Shown piece by piece: positions 9,868 to 20,954 of a stretch of DNA of 64,000 bases. The notes beneath the pieces were generated by a model. It did no database searches and was not told where the DNA came from. It saw only the letters and a list, made by a program, of their open reading frames with translations. Both the position numbers and the translations under genes were made by a program. This DNA comes from an uncultured Bacteroides sp. (GTDB lineage Bacteria; Bacillota; Clostridia; Christensenellales; CAG-917): positions 17,838 through 81,837 of the forward strand of contig CAZXUW010000004.1 of NCBI GenBank assembly GCA_964644355.1, read 5' to 3'. Every line of letters starts with the position of its first letter. Positions within the stretch are counted from its first letter, which is position 1.

Positions 9868-11466
9868 ATGAGCAACTACGTTCTCGCCTACGACGTAGGC
9901 ACAACAGGCATCAAAACTTGTCTTATCGAAATTGACAAGAGCATCAAGATTTTATCCTCGGCAACACAAGGTTATCAGCTTTACATCCTCCCCGGTGGTG
10001 GTGCCGAACAAGATCCAAACGAGTGGTGGGATGCAATGAAAGTCACCACACGCAAGATCTTTGAAAACTCCTCCGTCAAACCCGAGGAAATCAAAGGTGT
10101 ATCCTTCTGTTCACAGGCACAGGGACTTGTGCTTGTCGACAAGGACGGCGAGCCGGTGCATAGAGCATTCAGCTATATGGATCAACGCGCCACAAAAGAA
10201 ATCAAAAACGGTTTGAAATTCGGGCTTCAAATCGAGGGTGCAAACATCGTGAGATTGCTCAAGTGCCTTGCTATCACAGGTGCCGCTCCGCTCTCCGTCA
10301 AAGATCCTATTTGGAAGTATGTTTGGGTGAAGAACAACGAGCCGGAAAATTTTGCAAGAGTGCACAAATGGCTTGACGTCAAAGAGTTTCTCATCGCAAA
10401 GATGACGGGCGAATTTGTGCTTACGCATGACTCCGCTTTCGGCACAATGATGTATGATTTGAAGCATAAATGCGTGTCAAAGAGCATTTGCAAGATGTTC
10501 GGCGTCAATTATGACCACATTCCTCGCCTTATCGAATCAACAGAGTGTGCGGGCACAATCACAACAAAAGCGGCTGAAGAACTTGGTCTAGTCCCCGGCA
10601 TAAAAGTGTACGGCGGTGGCATGGACGCAAACCTTATCGGTGTGGGTGCCGGTGCAACGGGCTTCGGCGATACGCATATATATAGCGGAACGTCGGGTTG
10701 GGTTGGCACAATCACTCAAAAGCCTGCAGTTGACGTCACGGCAATGATTGCAACAACCGTTGCTGCACAACCGGGCAGATACAACTATTTTGCAGAGCTT
10801 GAAACATCGGGCAAATGCTTTGAGTGGGTGAAGGATCACATTGCCCTTGACGAGTGCGGTATATACATCCAAAAGAAACACATCACGGATGACATCGAGC
10901 ACAAATATTTGAGCTTGTTCTCCTACATGACGGATATTGTGGACGACATCCCTGCAGGAAGCGGTGGTGTCATATTCACACCTTGGCTCCACGGCAACCG
11001 CTGTCCGTTTGAAGATCCAAACGCAAGAGGTATGTTCTTCAACATAAGCCTCGAGACAGGCAAGACAGAGCTTATCCGTGCGGTGCTTGAGGGCATCTGC
11101 TATCACAAGCGTTGGATGCTTGAAGCTTCCGCAAAGAAAGTCAAACCCTCTGACGTCATCAGATTTGTGGGTGGCGGTGCACTTTCGGAATTCACCTGTC
11201 AAGTGCTTGCAGACATCACAGGTCACGTCATCGAAACGGTTGAAAGTCCTCAAAATATCGGTGCAGTCGGTGCTGCGGCATGCGTTGCAGTCGGTGCAGG
11301 CATTGTTTCTTCTTTTGACGAAATCAAGAAGTTTATCCCTGCAAACAAGACGTTTAACCCCAACTTTGAGCTAAAAGAGAAAGTTTATGACAAAGGCTTT
11401 GAGGTGTTCAAATCCTTGTACAAACAAAACAAACAAGCCTTTGCAACGCTCAATGCAAACAGATAA
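9868..11466 (+). CDS. FGGY-family carbohydrate kinase (xylulokinase-like)
   Basis: DVGTTGIK, EQDPNEWW, MDQRA, PWLHGNRCP, RAVLEG, GGGA. Confidence 0.9.
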   Translation: MSNYVLAYDVGTTGIKTCLIEIDKSIKILSSATQGYQLYILPGGGAEQDPNEWWDAMKVTTRKIFENSSVKPEEIKGVSFCSQAQGLVLVDKDGEPVHRAFSYMDQRATKEIKNGLKFGLQIEGANIVRLLKCLAITGAAPLSVKDPIWKYVWVKNNEPENFARVHKWLDVKEFLIAKMTGEFVLTHDSAFGTMMYDLKHKCVSKSICKMFGVNYDHIPRLIESTECAGTITTKAAEELGLVPGIKVYGGGMDANLIGVGAGATGFGDTHIYSGTSGWVGTITQKPAVDVTAMIATTVAAQPGRYNYFAELETSGKCFEWVKDHIALDECGIYIQKKHITDDIEHKYLSLFSYMTDIVDDIPAGSGGVIFTPWLHGNRCPFEDPNARGMFFNISLETGKTELIRAVLEGICYHKRWMLEASAKKVKPSDVIRFVGGGALSEFTCQVLADITGHVIETVESPQNIGAVGAAACVAVGAGIVSSFDEIKKFIPANKTFNPNFELKEKVYDKGFEVFKSLYKQNKQAFATLNANR

Positions 11467-11477
11467 AACTATCATAG

Positions 11478-11511
11478 AAAAAAATGCGTAGCGGTTGCTA
11501 CGCATTTTTTT
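11478..11511. terminator. Bidirectional terminator
   Basis: A7-TGCGTAGC-ggtt-GCTACGCA-T7 between convergent genes. Confidence 0.85.
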
Positions 11512-11590
11512 ATTGTTATTTTTTCACAACTACTCAAAGAGCAATATAACTCTAAACTGCCCAACGGGCATCAAAGTTGCACAAAGTGCA

Positions 11591-11995
11591 TCATAACTCG
11601 CTACTCATAAAACGGAGGGGCATGACCTCTGAAAATTTGTAGACCGTGAAGTTGTCCGGTGTGCCGAGGATGACCTCAAAATCATCGTCGCAAAACTCAC
11701 TCATAACTTGACGGCAAACTCCGCAAGGTGTGCAAGTGGGTGAAATCTCCCCCTCTCTGCCACCGACAATAGCTATGCACTCAAACTCACGCTCGCCCTC
11801 ACTGACTGCCTTGAAAAATGCGGTACGCTCTGCACAAATTGTGGGCGTGTAACCTGCATTTTCAATATTGCAACCGGTGTATTGCTTACCGCTCTTTGTG
11901 ACAAGCACTGCACCAACCTTGAAGTGAGAATACGGCGTATAGGAAAAATTCCTCATCTCGTTTGCCTTTTGCATAAGGCTCTTGTAATCTGTCAT
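11591..11995 (-). CDS. cdd: Cytidine deaminase
   Basis: PYSHFKVGA, GCNIEN, CAERTA, PCGVCRQ. Confidence 0.95.
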   Translation of the reverse strand: MTDYKSLMQKANEMRNFSYTPYSHFKVGAVLVTKSGKQYTGCNIENAGYTPTICAERTAFFKAVSEGEREFECIAIVGGREGEISPTCTPCGVCRQVMSEFCDDDFEVILGTPDNFTVYKFSEVMPLRFMSSEL

Positions 11996-12012
11996 AATTT
12001 CCTCCGATAGAA

Positions 12013-13176
12013 TTATCTTGCAATGTCTGCAAGGAAGCTATTGCCTGCGGTGTCCTCTTTGTCAACGCCAAGATAATCAAGCACAGTTGCACTGATGTCT
12101 GCAAAAGTGCCTCTTGTGCCGAGGTTCACGCCGCTCTTGATGCTCTTGCCGTATACGAGCATCGGCACGTATTCACGCGAATGATCTGTTGAAGGAGTGG
12201 ACGGATCGCAACCGTGGTCTGCGGTGATGATAAGCAAATCGTCATCACGCATATTCGGCAAAAACTCACCAAGTTGCACGTCAAATTCACTCATGGCATT
12301 TGCATAGCCCTCAACGTCGTTGCGATGGCCGTACTTCATGTCAAAGTCAACAAGGTTGACAAAGCAAAGACCTTCAAAATCTCTCTTTTGAATGTCAAGC
12401 GTCACTTGCATACCGTGCGTGTTTGAAGTTGTACGATTGGACTCACTCACGCTCTTGCCCGCAAAGATGTCGTAAATTTTGCCGACGGAGATTGTTGCAA
12501 GACCTGCCTTTTTAAGCACGTCAAGCATTGTCGTATGCGGAGGGATAAGAGAATAATCGTGTCTGTTTGCCGTGCGTGTAAAGGGATATTCTCCATTGAA
12601 CGGACGAGCAATGACTCTGCCAACTCCGTGTTCGCCTTGGAGCATTTCTCTTGCGATCTCGCAATAATGATAAAGCTCTGCAACGGGCACGTAATCCTCG
12701 TGTGCTGCGATTTGGAAAACGCTGTCCGCAGATGTATACACAATCAAAGCACCCGTGTCGATATGCTCCTTGCCATAGTCCTTGATGACTTCCGTGCCCG
12801 AATACGGAAGATTGCAAAGCACCTTTCTGCCCGTGCGTTTTTCAAACTCGTCGATGACATCTTTGGGAAATCCGTTGGGATAGGTCGGAAGCGGTTTGGG
12901 TGAGATTATGCCTGCAATCTCCCAATGTCCGATCGTCGTATCCTTGCCCATGGACGTTTCCTTCAAGCGAGCATAGCTTGATGTGGGATTGTCGATACCG
13001 CCACCGATTGTGTCGATGTTGAACAAGCCCATTTGGGTCAAATTGGGGCAGTTGAATTTCTCATGATTGCGGATTGCACCAAGCGTATTGCTACCCTCGT
13101 CATGCCAAAGATATGAGTCAGGCATTTCACCGCAACCGCAACTGTCAAGCACTATAATAAATACTCTTTTGCTCAT
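12013..13176 (-). CDS. deoB: Phosphopentomutase
   Basis: VLDS, GKDTTIGHWEIAG, TSADSVFQ, RVIARPF, TADHGCDP, TDHSRE. Confidence 0.95.
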   Translation of the reverse strand: MSKRVFIIVLDSCGCGEMPDSYLWHDEGSNTLGAIRNHEKFNCPNLTQMGLFNIDTIGGGIDNPTSSYARLKETSMGKDTTIGHWEIAGIISPKPLPTYPNGFPKDVIDEFEKRTGRKVLCNLPYSGTEVIKDYGKEHIDTGALIVYTSADSVFQIAAHEDYVPVAELYHYCEIAREMLQGEHGVGRVIARPFNGEYPFTRTANRHDYSLIPPHTTMLDVLKKAGLATISVGKIYDIFAGKSVSESNRTTSNTHGMQVTLDIQKRDFEGLCFVNLVDFDMKYGHRNDVEGYANAMSEFDVQLGEFLPNMRDDDLLIITADHGCDPSTPSTDHSREYVPMLVYGKSIKSGVNLGTRGTFADISATVLDYLGVDKEDTAGNSFLADIAR

Positions 13177-13213
13177 ATTAATACCTCAAAATTGCCTTGT
13201 CTACTCAACATTA

Positions 13214-13921
13214 TTATGCAAGTTCAAGTGCAATTTCCATCATTTTTGTGAAAGAATTTTGTCTTTCTTCAGCCGTTGTGTTCTCCTCTGGATAGATGAA
13301 GCTGTCGCTGACAGTGCAGATGCAAAGTGCACTCTTACCTGCTCTTGCGGCGTTGCAATATAGTGCTGCGGACTCCATCTCGACACCGAGAACGCCCATC
13401 TTTGCCCATTCCATACCGCTGTTTGCCTCGTCATAGAAAATATCAGATGAGAAGATGTTGCCAACCTTGTAGTTTACGCCTGCTTTTTCGCAAAGATCCA
13501 CTGCTCTACGCACAAGATCAAAGTCTGCAATCGGGCAGAACGTGCCGGGAAGATTGTATTGCATTGCATAATTTCCATTGGTGCAAGCACCCATTGCAAT
13601 GACAATATCTCTTGCGTGGAGGTCTTTGTGGAAAGATCCGCAAGAGCCGATGCGAATGATGTTCTTCACATCATAAAAATTGAAAAGTTCATATGAATAT
13701 ATGCCGATTGAGGGTTGCCCCATGCCTGATGCCATGACGGAAACTCTCTTGCCCTTGTAGTAGCCGGTGTAGCCGTTGACGCCACGCACGTTGTTGACAA
13801 GAACTGCGTCCTCAAGGAAGTTGTCTGCGATAAATTTTGCACGGAGCGGATCGCCCGGCATAAGAACTGTTTCGGCAAAATCGCCAAGTTTTGCTGTGAT
13901 ATGTGGGGTTGGAACTGCCAT
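13214..13921 (-). CDS. deoD: Purine nucleoside phosphorylase DeoD
   Basis: [30 protein letters not shown]. Confidence 0.95.
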   Translation of the reverse strand: MAVPTPHITAKLGDFAETVLMPGDPLRAKFIADNFLEDAVLVNNVRGVNGYTGYYKGKRVSVMASGMGQPSIGIYSYELFNFYDVKNIIRIGSCGSFHKDLHARDIVIAMGACTNGNYAMQYNLPGTFCPIADFDLVRRAVDLCEKAGVNYKVGNIFSSDIFYDEANSGMEWAKMGVLGVEMESAALYCNAARAGKSALCICTVSDSFIYPEENTTAEERQNSFTKMMEIALELA

Positions 13922-14102
13922 TGTTTAATCTCCCTTATGATTGTATTTTTGTTATATCGGCATATGCACACGTGTCGTGTCTACGCCGAGTGAACATATG
14001 CGTATATGCATATGCGTTTGCCCTGTTGAATATTACACTTGTGCAAAGGTGCATACGTCAAATCGAGCACACACCTTGCAACGGTTGCCTTGTGGCGACC
14101 AA

Positions 14103-14771
14103 TCAATACGTGCTGTTGTCCTCTTGCTTTTTGACGATCTTCACCACACGGCTTGTGCCAAGACGAGATGCTCCAAGCTCAACAAACTTCTCTGCATCTT
14201 CCAATGATGAGATTCCGCCTGCAGCTTTCATCTGGACGTTTGGACCGATGTGCTTTGCAAAAAGCTCGATATCCGCAAAAGTTGCACCCGCTGTTGAAAA
14301 ACCTGTTGACGTCTTGATGAAGTCCGCTCCTGCTTTGGTGACAAGCTCGCACATCTTGATCTTTTCGTCTTCAGTCAAAAGGCAAGTCTCGATGATGACT
14401 TTGAGGATGTTGTTTCCGCAAATCTCTTTGAGCTGTTTGATCTCGTTGAGAACATAGTCGTAGTTGCCTGCTTTAAGCTCGCCGATATTGATAACCATAT
14501 CAATTTCATCTGCACCGTTGTTGAGTGCGTTGAGTGTCTCAAACTTCTTCACTTCAGTGGTGTTGTAGCCGTTTGGAAAGCCGATGACCGTGCAGATTGC
14601 AAGCTTGTCACCCACGTATTCCTTTGCTCTTGCAACGTAACTTGGCGGAATGCATACGGATGCGGTGTGATATTTCATACCATCGTCACAAATAGCCTTG
14701 ATGTCGCTCCAAGTTGCGGTTTGACCGAGAAGTGTGTGGTCGCATTTGCTCAAAATGTTGTTGATATCCAT
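14103..14771 (-). CDS. deoC: Deoxyribose-phosphate aldolase
   Basis: [44 protein letters not shown]. Confidence 0.95.
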   Translation of the reverse strand: MDINNILSKCDHTLLGQTATWSDIKAICDDGMKYHTASVCIPPSYVARAKEYVGDKLAICTVIGFPNGYNTTEVKKFETLNALNNGADEIDMVINIGELKAGNYDYVLNEIKQLKEICGNNILKVIIETCLLTEDEKIKMCELVTKAGADFIKTSTGFSTAGATFADIELFAKHIGPNVQMKAAGGISSLEDAEKFVELGASRLGTSRVVKIVKKQEDNSTY

Positions 14772-14846
14772 AGTTACCTCGTATATAAAGTTTTATGTTT
14801 ATTTTGCTTAAATTGATATTTTATGTGTTTATTTTTGATATATAAA

Positions 14847-15467
14847 CTAGTTGTTGTTTGCTATTCTATGCAGGATTGCGTTGGTGATCATCTCGTATGC
14901 AACGTCGTTGTAGCCACCCTCGGGAACAATGATGTCCGCAAGGCGTTTGGTTGGCTCGATAAAGTGCTCGTACATCGGCTTGACGGTGGTGAGATATTGA
15001 TTGATAACACCCTCCAAACTTCTGCCACGCTCGTTGACGTCACGCACGATACGACGCAAAATTCTTGTATCAGCATCCGCATCAACAAAAATCTTGATGT
15101 CCATAAGATCAAGCAGTTCTTGGAAAGCAAACACCATGATTCCCTCAAGAATGATGACCTTTGCACTCTTTGCCTCTTTGACCTCATCGCTACGCATATG
15201 GCGTGTGAAATCGTACACGGGATGATAAATCGTCTCGCCGTTTTTGAGAGCTTTGAGATGCTCAACAAGCAGAGGCGTGTCAAAGGCATCGGGATGGTCA
15301 TAGTTGATCTTCACTCTCTCCTCAAAGGGGATGTCCGTGTTTGCCTTGTAATAGTTGTCCATGCCGATCATCACACTGTTGAGCCCAAACGCCTGATGCA
15401 CTCTTTCGGCAAGAGTTGTCTTTCCGCTTCCTGTGCCACCGCAAATTCCAATAACTATATTGTCCAT
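14847..15467 (-). CDS. udk: Uridine kinase
   Basis: GGTGSGKTT, NYDHPDAFD, RRIVRDVNERGR, FIEPTK. Confidence 0.95.
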   Translation of the reverse strand: MDNIVIGICGGTGSGKTTLAERVHQAFGLNSVMIGMDNYYKANTDIPFEERVKINYDHPDAFDTPLLVEHLKALKNGETIYHPVYDFTRHMRSDEVKEAKSAKVIILEGIMVFAFQELLDLMDIKIFVDADADTRILRRIVRDVNERGRSLEGVINQYLTTVKPMYEHFIEPTKRLADIIVPEGGYNDVAYEMITNAILHRIANNN

Positions 15468-15474
15468 AGTACCC

Positions 15475-16071
15475 TCACAAATACAAGCCTTTTGCTTCTT
15501 GTTCTGCCTTTTTCTTTAGCCAGCATTTTCTGCACATTGCAACATAGCGGTCGTTTCCGCCAAGGCATACCTGCTCGCCTTTGAACACAACGTTGCCGTT
15601 GTCATCCAGCCTTGCGTTGACGGTTGCTTTTGAACCGCATTTGCATATTGATTTGATCTCGCTTATGGACTCTGCAATCTCAAAAAGCCTTTGACTGCCC
15701 GGGAACATATGCGTTGTGAAATCCGTTGCCAAGCCAAAGCATAGCACGGGAACGTCGTAGTCTATCACAATTTGCCCCAATTGGTCAACCTGATCGGGAG
15801 TGAGAAACTGACATTCATCCACTATGATGACGTTGCAAGCGGAATATTGAGTTGTGTACAGATCGTATATATTCTGCGTGTCCGCAACTGCGATTGCCTC
15901 CGCACTCAAGCCTATGCGTGAGCGTGTGATTGTAAGTCCGTCACGTGTGTCAACCATTGGCTTGAGAAGCATAACCTTCATGCCACGCTCCTCGTAGTTG
16001 AACTTTGTGATAAGTGCTTGTGCAGTCTTTGAACTGCCCATTGCTCCGAATTTGAAATATAATTTTGCCAT
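15475..16071 (-). CDS. tdk: Thymidine kinase
   Basis: GAMGSSKT, SRIG, VDECQFL, GLATDF, Zn-binding Cys. Confidence 0.93.
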   Translation of the reverse strand: MAKLYFKFGAMGSSKTAQALITKFNYEERGMKVMLLKPMVDTRDGLTITRSRIGLSAEAIAVADTQNIYDLYTTQYSACNVIIVDECQFLTPDQVDQLGQIVIDYDVPVLCFGLATDFTTHMFPGSQRLFEIAESISEIKSICKCGSKATVNARLDDNGNVVFKGEQVCLGGNDRYVAMCRKCWLKKKAEQEAKGLYL

Positions 16072-16173
16072 TTTTCTCTCGTATTTTTAATAGGTGAATA
16101 TTCAAATCCACCGCAATCCGCCAACGGCGGATATCGTTATAATTGAGGACGTGCGTCTGCCCTCAATTATTTA

Positions 16174-17475
16174 TTATCGAACAACGTCCAAAACTAGCGG
16201 TCTAGACTCGGGCTTGGCTTGTGAGACGTGCGTTGATGAATAGAATCTGTCAAGAGCTCCTTCAAAGCGTTTTTCATCAGACGTGTACATCACGCAAAGT
16301 TCGTCTCCGACGTGTACGTAATCTCCTGTTTTTTTCTTGAGGATAATGCCTGCAGAAAAGTCAATACTCTCCTCTTTCGTGTTTCTGCCCGCACCCAAAA
16401 GCAAACTTGAGATGCCGTAGCCGTCCGTATCGACGCTTGCGATATAACCCTCCTCTTTTGCCTTGACACTCAATGAATACGGTGCCTTTTCAAACAAGTC
16501 GGGATTGTCGATGACTCTCACGTCACCGCCTTGAGCGGTCACCATCTTCTTAAGTGTGGCAAGTGCGCTGCCGTCTAAGATTGCACCCTTGACAAGAGAT
16601 TGGCACTCCTCAAAACTGCCCTTGCCCGCAAGCTCGAGCATGCTGGATGCCAAAATGATGCAAATCTGAGTGAAATCTTCAGGTCCGTGTCCGTTGAGCG
16701 TGTCGATTGCCTCTATAACCTCAAGCGAGTTGCCGATCGCATTGCCAAGCGGTCTATCCATATCCGTGATGAGAGCGAGCATCTTTTTGCCCGCACGCTT
16801 GCCTATCTCAACCATAACTTCGGCAAGACGTTTGCTATCCTCGATGGTTTTGGCAAACGCACCACTGCCCGTCTTGACGTCAAGCACTATGCAATCATCG
16901 TCGGCGGCAAGCTTTTTGCCCATGATGCTGGACACGATAAGTGGCAGGCTGTCAACAGTTGCCGTGACGTCACGCAAGGCATAAAGCTTTTTGTCGGCAG
17001 GGGCAAGATCTCTGCTTTGACCAACTATACACACGCCCAAATCGTTGACGTTTTTCAAAAATTCTTCTTCGCTCAAATCCGTTTTGAATCCGGGAATCGA
17101 CTCAAGCTTGTCAATGGTGCCTCCGGTGTGTCCAAGACCTCTACCGCTCATCTTTGCGACTTTGACACCCAAGCTTGCAACGATAGGTGCGACAACCAAA
17201 CTTGTCTTGTCACCCACACCACCGGTTGAATGTTTGTCCACTCTAATGCCGTTGATTTGGGAAAAATCAAGACGTTGACCGGAATCTCTAACCGCAAAAG
17301 TAAGGCTTGCAGTTTCATCAAAATTCATACCCTTGAAAAAGATTGCCATCAAAAGAGCCGATGCTTGATAATCGGGAATTTCCCCCTTGACGTAACCATC
17401 GATAAAGAAGTTGATTTCCTCATTGCTGAGCACTCCGCCGTCACGTTTCTTGCGGATGATGTCATACATTCTCAT
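16174..17475 (-). CDS. pdp: Pyrimidine-nucleoside phosphorylase
   Basis: DKHSTGGVGDK, KMSGRGLGHTGGTIDKLE, LYALRDVTATV; start ATG 17475 after AAGGAG. Confidence 0.95.
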   Translation of the reverse strand: MRMYDIIRKKRDGGVLSNEEINFFIDGYVKGEIPDYQASALLMAIFFKGMNFDETASLTFAVRDSGQRLDFSQINGIRVDKHSTGGVGDKTSLVVAPIVASLGVKVAKMSGRGLGHTGGTIDKLESIPGFKTDLSEEEFLKNVNDLGVCIVGQSRDLAPADKKLYALRDVTATVDSLPLIVSSIMGKKLAADDDCIVLDVKTGSGAFAKTIEDSKRLAEVMVEIGKRAGKKMLALITDMDRPLGNAIGNSLEVIEAIDTLNGHGPEDFTQICIILASSMLELAGKGSFEECQSLVKGAILDGSALATLKKMVTAQGGDVRVIDNPDLFEKAPYSLSVKAKEEGYIASVDTDGYGISSLLLGAGRNTKEESIDFSAGIILKKKTGDYVHVGDELCVMYTSDEKRFEGALDRFYSSTHVSQAKPESRPLVLDVVR

Positions 17476-17655
17476 AGTTGCTCCTTGCATGCGTACGTAC
17501 GCACTATATTATATCGTATATATATTATACAACATATTTTGGAATAAAAAAAGACTAAATATAAAAATAATTGCACGCAAGCGTGCAATTATTTCAAATT
17601 CATATAAGTTTTGTGATTTTATCTTCCGTTATCCGTGAAAAACAAATGTTGCGAT

Positions 17656-18705
17656 TTAGACAATTTGCGGTTTCACTGCAAATGCAAGATAATCATCAAT
17701 GCTTTCAACACTTCCCTCAAGTCTTGTGTCGGTGGACACCAACTCCAAGATTTCATCCTCAGTCCAAATATACGAATAGGAGTCAACCGGAGCTCCGCTT
17801 GCCATACCTGCATCTCTCTTGGACTCGGTGTGGAATTGCTTTGCATAACCATTGTCCCAAACCTCGAGAACCGCATTGTAGTATTCATAAGACTTTATGG
17901 AGTTGTTGCCCTCGTTCATATCCTCTTGTGCCTTGCGATACCAATCGGAACCGGCATTGCCACAATCTATGGAGAACGCCACCTTGTAATAGCCGTCTTG
18001 ATAAGTGAGGGTGATGTTGTCGGAGAGAATTTCAGCACTGAAATCAACGTTGCAAAGCTCGTGAATGGAATCGCTGAGCACGTGCACTTTGTTGTTGAAC
18101 TCATCAAGTGTATATGCCTCGCTGAACGGATTGTCCTTGTTTTGAATTGCGAGGGTTGAATATGGGAAGGTTTCAACGGTGCAATCACAAGAATATGCCT
18201 CACCTTTGCCTGCAAAGAACCAATAATCACCGTCACCCAAAGTGTAAGCCACCTTGACGTAACCTGCAAAGTTTTTGGCTATGCTTGCAAGAAGTTTTGC
18301 ACCGGGATCATCACTTGATGGATCAACGCTTGTTGCAAGCTGATAATACCAACTGTTGTCTTTGCGAAGATTGTATGCGTGCATAATGACGTTTGCCAAT
18401 GAAATGCCTGCATTGCTCTCTTGCACAACAAGCGAAAGCGGAGTTTGTATACGGCTCTTGTTTGCGGTGTTGTAAAGCGCAATAACAGCTTGTTTCATCT
18501 CGTCTTGAGAAGCTTCGCCCGCAATGGCTTTGTCAATGAGTGCCTTGTCCTCGGTGCTGAAAAGGCTGTCATAATCGGGACGTGCACCTTGTGGCATAGC
18601 AAAATTACTCTCTGTGTTTGGCGATGAGTTGCAAGCAACCAACGCACTGGCACAAGTGAGCACCATCACGATGCAAATTATGCCTGCAATAAGTTTTCTT
18701 TTCAT
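17656..18705 (-). CDS. Hypothetical lipoprotein (paralogue of upstream gene)
   Basis: Signal peptide with LVAC lipobox; shared motifs with 18838-20262. Confidence 0.75.
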   Translation of the reverse strand: MKRKLIAGIICIVMVLTCASALVACNSSPNTESNFAMPQGARPDYDSLFSTEDKALIDKAIAGEASQDEMKQAVIALYNTANKSRIQTPLSLVVQESNAGISLANVIMHAYNLRKDNSWYYQLATSVDPSSDDPGAKLLASIAKNFAGYVKVAYTLGDGDYWFFAGKGEAYSCDCTVETFPYSTLAIQNKDNPFSEAYTLDEFNNKVHVLSDSIHELCNVDFSAEILSDNITLTYQDGYYKVAFSIDCGNAGSDWYRKAQEDMNEGNNSIKSYEYYNAVLEVWDNGYAKQFHTESKRDAGMASGAPVDSYSYIWTEDEILELVSTDTRLEGSVESIDDYLAFAVKPQIV

Positions 18706-18837
18706 AATCTTTCCTCTATCGTTGATACGTGCGCGTATCGCACACGCATCATTTATTGTACATTTTATATTCTATCGTGTCAAGTGTGTTGCAAAACGCA
18801 AAAACCGCCCCCTAAAAAGAGCGGTTCTTGTATGCTT

Positions 18838-20262
18838 TTAGTCATCAACGCTTGTTGAATTGGTATTCTCCGCATTGTGATTATCAGAGTTTTTTGCTTC
18901 TTTTTTCTCATCTTTGAGCTCTTTCTTTCTCTCTCTATCAGCCTTGTTTTGCTCTGTGATGGCCTTTCTGCGAGCCTTGTCTCTCTCCACAGCCGCCGCC
19001 AGTTTGGGAAGTTTGCCCTTCTTGAAGAGAATTGCAAGAGTCACGGAAACAATGATGATTATCGCAACCACGCATGCAGCAAGTATCAAAATAAGCGTGA
19101 AGAAGTCCATAACAAATACGGTTCCGTTCTTTGCTTTTGAAACGTAAAACTCAATGCATTTCTGTATTTTTGTCTCGTCATCTGCAAGAATGTTGTTGTT
19201 TATGATTACTCTTGCTTCTTCGTCTTGAGATACGATGCTCAAAATCTCATCTGCATTCCACACATAGACAAATTCATTTGACGGAGTTGACGACACGGGA
19301 TAGCCGCTCAAAATGTCTACAATCATATCCCACACTTCATATGAGCGGAAAGTCTTTACATAGCCGGTATCCCACACTTCAAGCTCTGCTCTCCAATTCT
19401 TGATTGTATTTTTGAGCGGAATTGTGCCGATATCGAGATCGAGTTTGGAAAATCTTTGAAATTCGTCAAGCTGTTCTTGCGTTGCATTTTCACAATCCAT
19501 TTCAAAGGTTACTGCATAGTAACCGTCTTTGTGTTCGATTGTGCAATTTGTCATAAGCTCTTTGCATTCGATCACGCCGATATTGTTGAGCTCAAGTTGG
19601 CTCTCACGGCAGTTTCTGTCCGCTTGGTATGCCTCAAAACTATCGTATGATGTCGGCTCGTTGCCGTCCGGAATCACGTAAGTTGCATACGGGAAAGTGT
19701 TGAACGCACAATTTATCATTGTGTTTGAACCCATGATGTAGAAATACTCATAGCTGTCCTCTCCCGTTGTGTATGCAATCTGCAAATTGCCTGCGATAGG
19801 AGCCATTAATTTTGCAATAAATTCAAAACCGGCAACATCACCTTCCGCCGCCTGTGCAGGAAGCTGATAGTACCAATTTTTGCCATTTTGCAGGGTAAAG
19901 CCGTTCATGTACACTCTGCCTTGCTCGCTTCCGCCAAGAGAGTGTTGCACCATGAGCGAAACGCCTTCGTTGTCAATACGGCTGTTGTTGGCTTTCTCGT
20001 AAAGAAGTGCCACCGCTTGTTTGGTTGCCTCTGCTTTTTCTTCCTCGCTCAAACTGCCATCAAGAGCCTTTGCAATCAAAGCATTGTCGTCACTATCAAG
20101 CAAAGACGCAACACCCTTTGGAGCGGTTGCAATGGACTCAACATCCTTGATATATCCTCCGTCTGAGACGGCAATTTCCTCTTTGTTGCAAGCACAAAGA
20201 CTAAAAATGCCCACGACGAGCACCACAATAACCAACAAAACACTCAATGCTTTCTTTTTCAT
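18838..20262 (-). CDS. Hypothetical lipoprotein with C-terminal TM anchor
   Basis: LCAC lipobox; C-terminal hydrophobic helix and charged tail. Confidence 0.75.
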   Translation of the reverse strand: MKKKALSVLLVIVVLVVGIFSLCACNKEEIAVSDGGYIKDVESIATAPKGVASLLDSDDNALIAKALDGSLSEEEKAEATKQAVALLYEKANNSRIDNEGVSLMVQHSLGGSEQGRVYMNGFTLQNGKNWYYQLPAQAAEGDVAGFEFIAKLMAPIAGNLQIAYTTGEDSYEYFYIMGSNTMINCAFNTFPYATYVIPDGNEPTSYDSFEAYQADRNCRESQLELNNIGVIECKELMTNCTIEHKDGYYAVTFEMDCENATQEQLDEFQRFSKLDLDIGTIPLKNTIKNWRAELEVWDTGYVKTFRSYEVWDMIVDILSGYPVSSTPSNEFVYVWNADEILSIVSQDEEARVIINNNILADDETKIQKCIEFYVSKAKNGTVFVMDFFTLILILAACVVAIIIIVSVTLAILFKKGKLPKLAAAVERDKARRKAITEQNKADRERKKELKDEKKEAKNSDNHNAENTNSTSVDD

Positions 20263-20468
20263 ATTTTCCTCTACCTATCGAATAATCCCAAAATGAGCAG
20301 AACGCTCTACTCTTTTAATTTTTTACACTATTATCCTAATACATAACCACCGCCTTCGTCAACCACGATAGGCGGGTAAAAACCTTAATTTTACCTTAAG
20401 ATTTTGTCAAAAAATGACGACAAAAAAGATAACGATACATTTATTGATTTTTGTCAAACGTCGGCTTG

Positions 20469-20954
20469 TTATTCTTGCTCGCAAATTTGTTTTTTCAGCT
20501 TTGCAAAATAGCTCTCCACATACCCTTTCAAAACTGCCATCGTCTTGTCGTATGCCTTTTGAGAGGTAGCCAAAAACGGATCGGGCACGGGCTTATATTT
20601 GCCTGTTGCGATTTCAGACAACGTCACGTACTTCTTTCTATATTTGCAAGGTGTCAAGAGCTTGTGCATTTTGGACATGCCGATGATCACGTCGGCAGAC
20701 TGATATCTTGACTTGTCCGACTTGAAATGAGGCGTGTGTGCCAATATCTCGCTCTCCTCAAATCCCTCCCTTTTGAGCACCACCACCGCTCTTGGGAAAA
20801 TGCTCTTGCTACGATTGAACACGGCAGACGAGGACACTTCAACCTTTCCTGCAAGCTCCTTGTCATTGTCAACCATACGCCTCAAAATGTACTCACAATA
20901 GGGGCTTCTGCACACGTTGGATGAACACACAAACAACACTTTATACGTATCCAT
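20469..20954 (-). CDS. Low-molecular-weight protein tyrosine/arginine phosphatase
   Basis: LFVCSSNVCRS P-loop and VPDPF; start ATG 20954 after AGGAGG. Confidence 0.85.
   Translation of the reverse strand: MDTYKVLFVCSSNVCRSPYCEYILRRMVDNDKELAGKVEVSSSAVFNRSKSIFPRAVVVLKREGFEESEILAHTPHFKSDKSRYQSADVIIGMSKMHKLLTPCKYRKKYVTLSEIATGKYKPVPDPFLATSQKAYDKTMAVLKGYVESYFAKLKKQICEQE

Noticed and set aside
20371-20395. GGGTAAAAAC here and TTTTACCC at 48461 as extra copies of the island operator
   Set aside because: Half-sites only, without the 21-bp spacing to a -10 box; compatible with chance.
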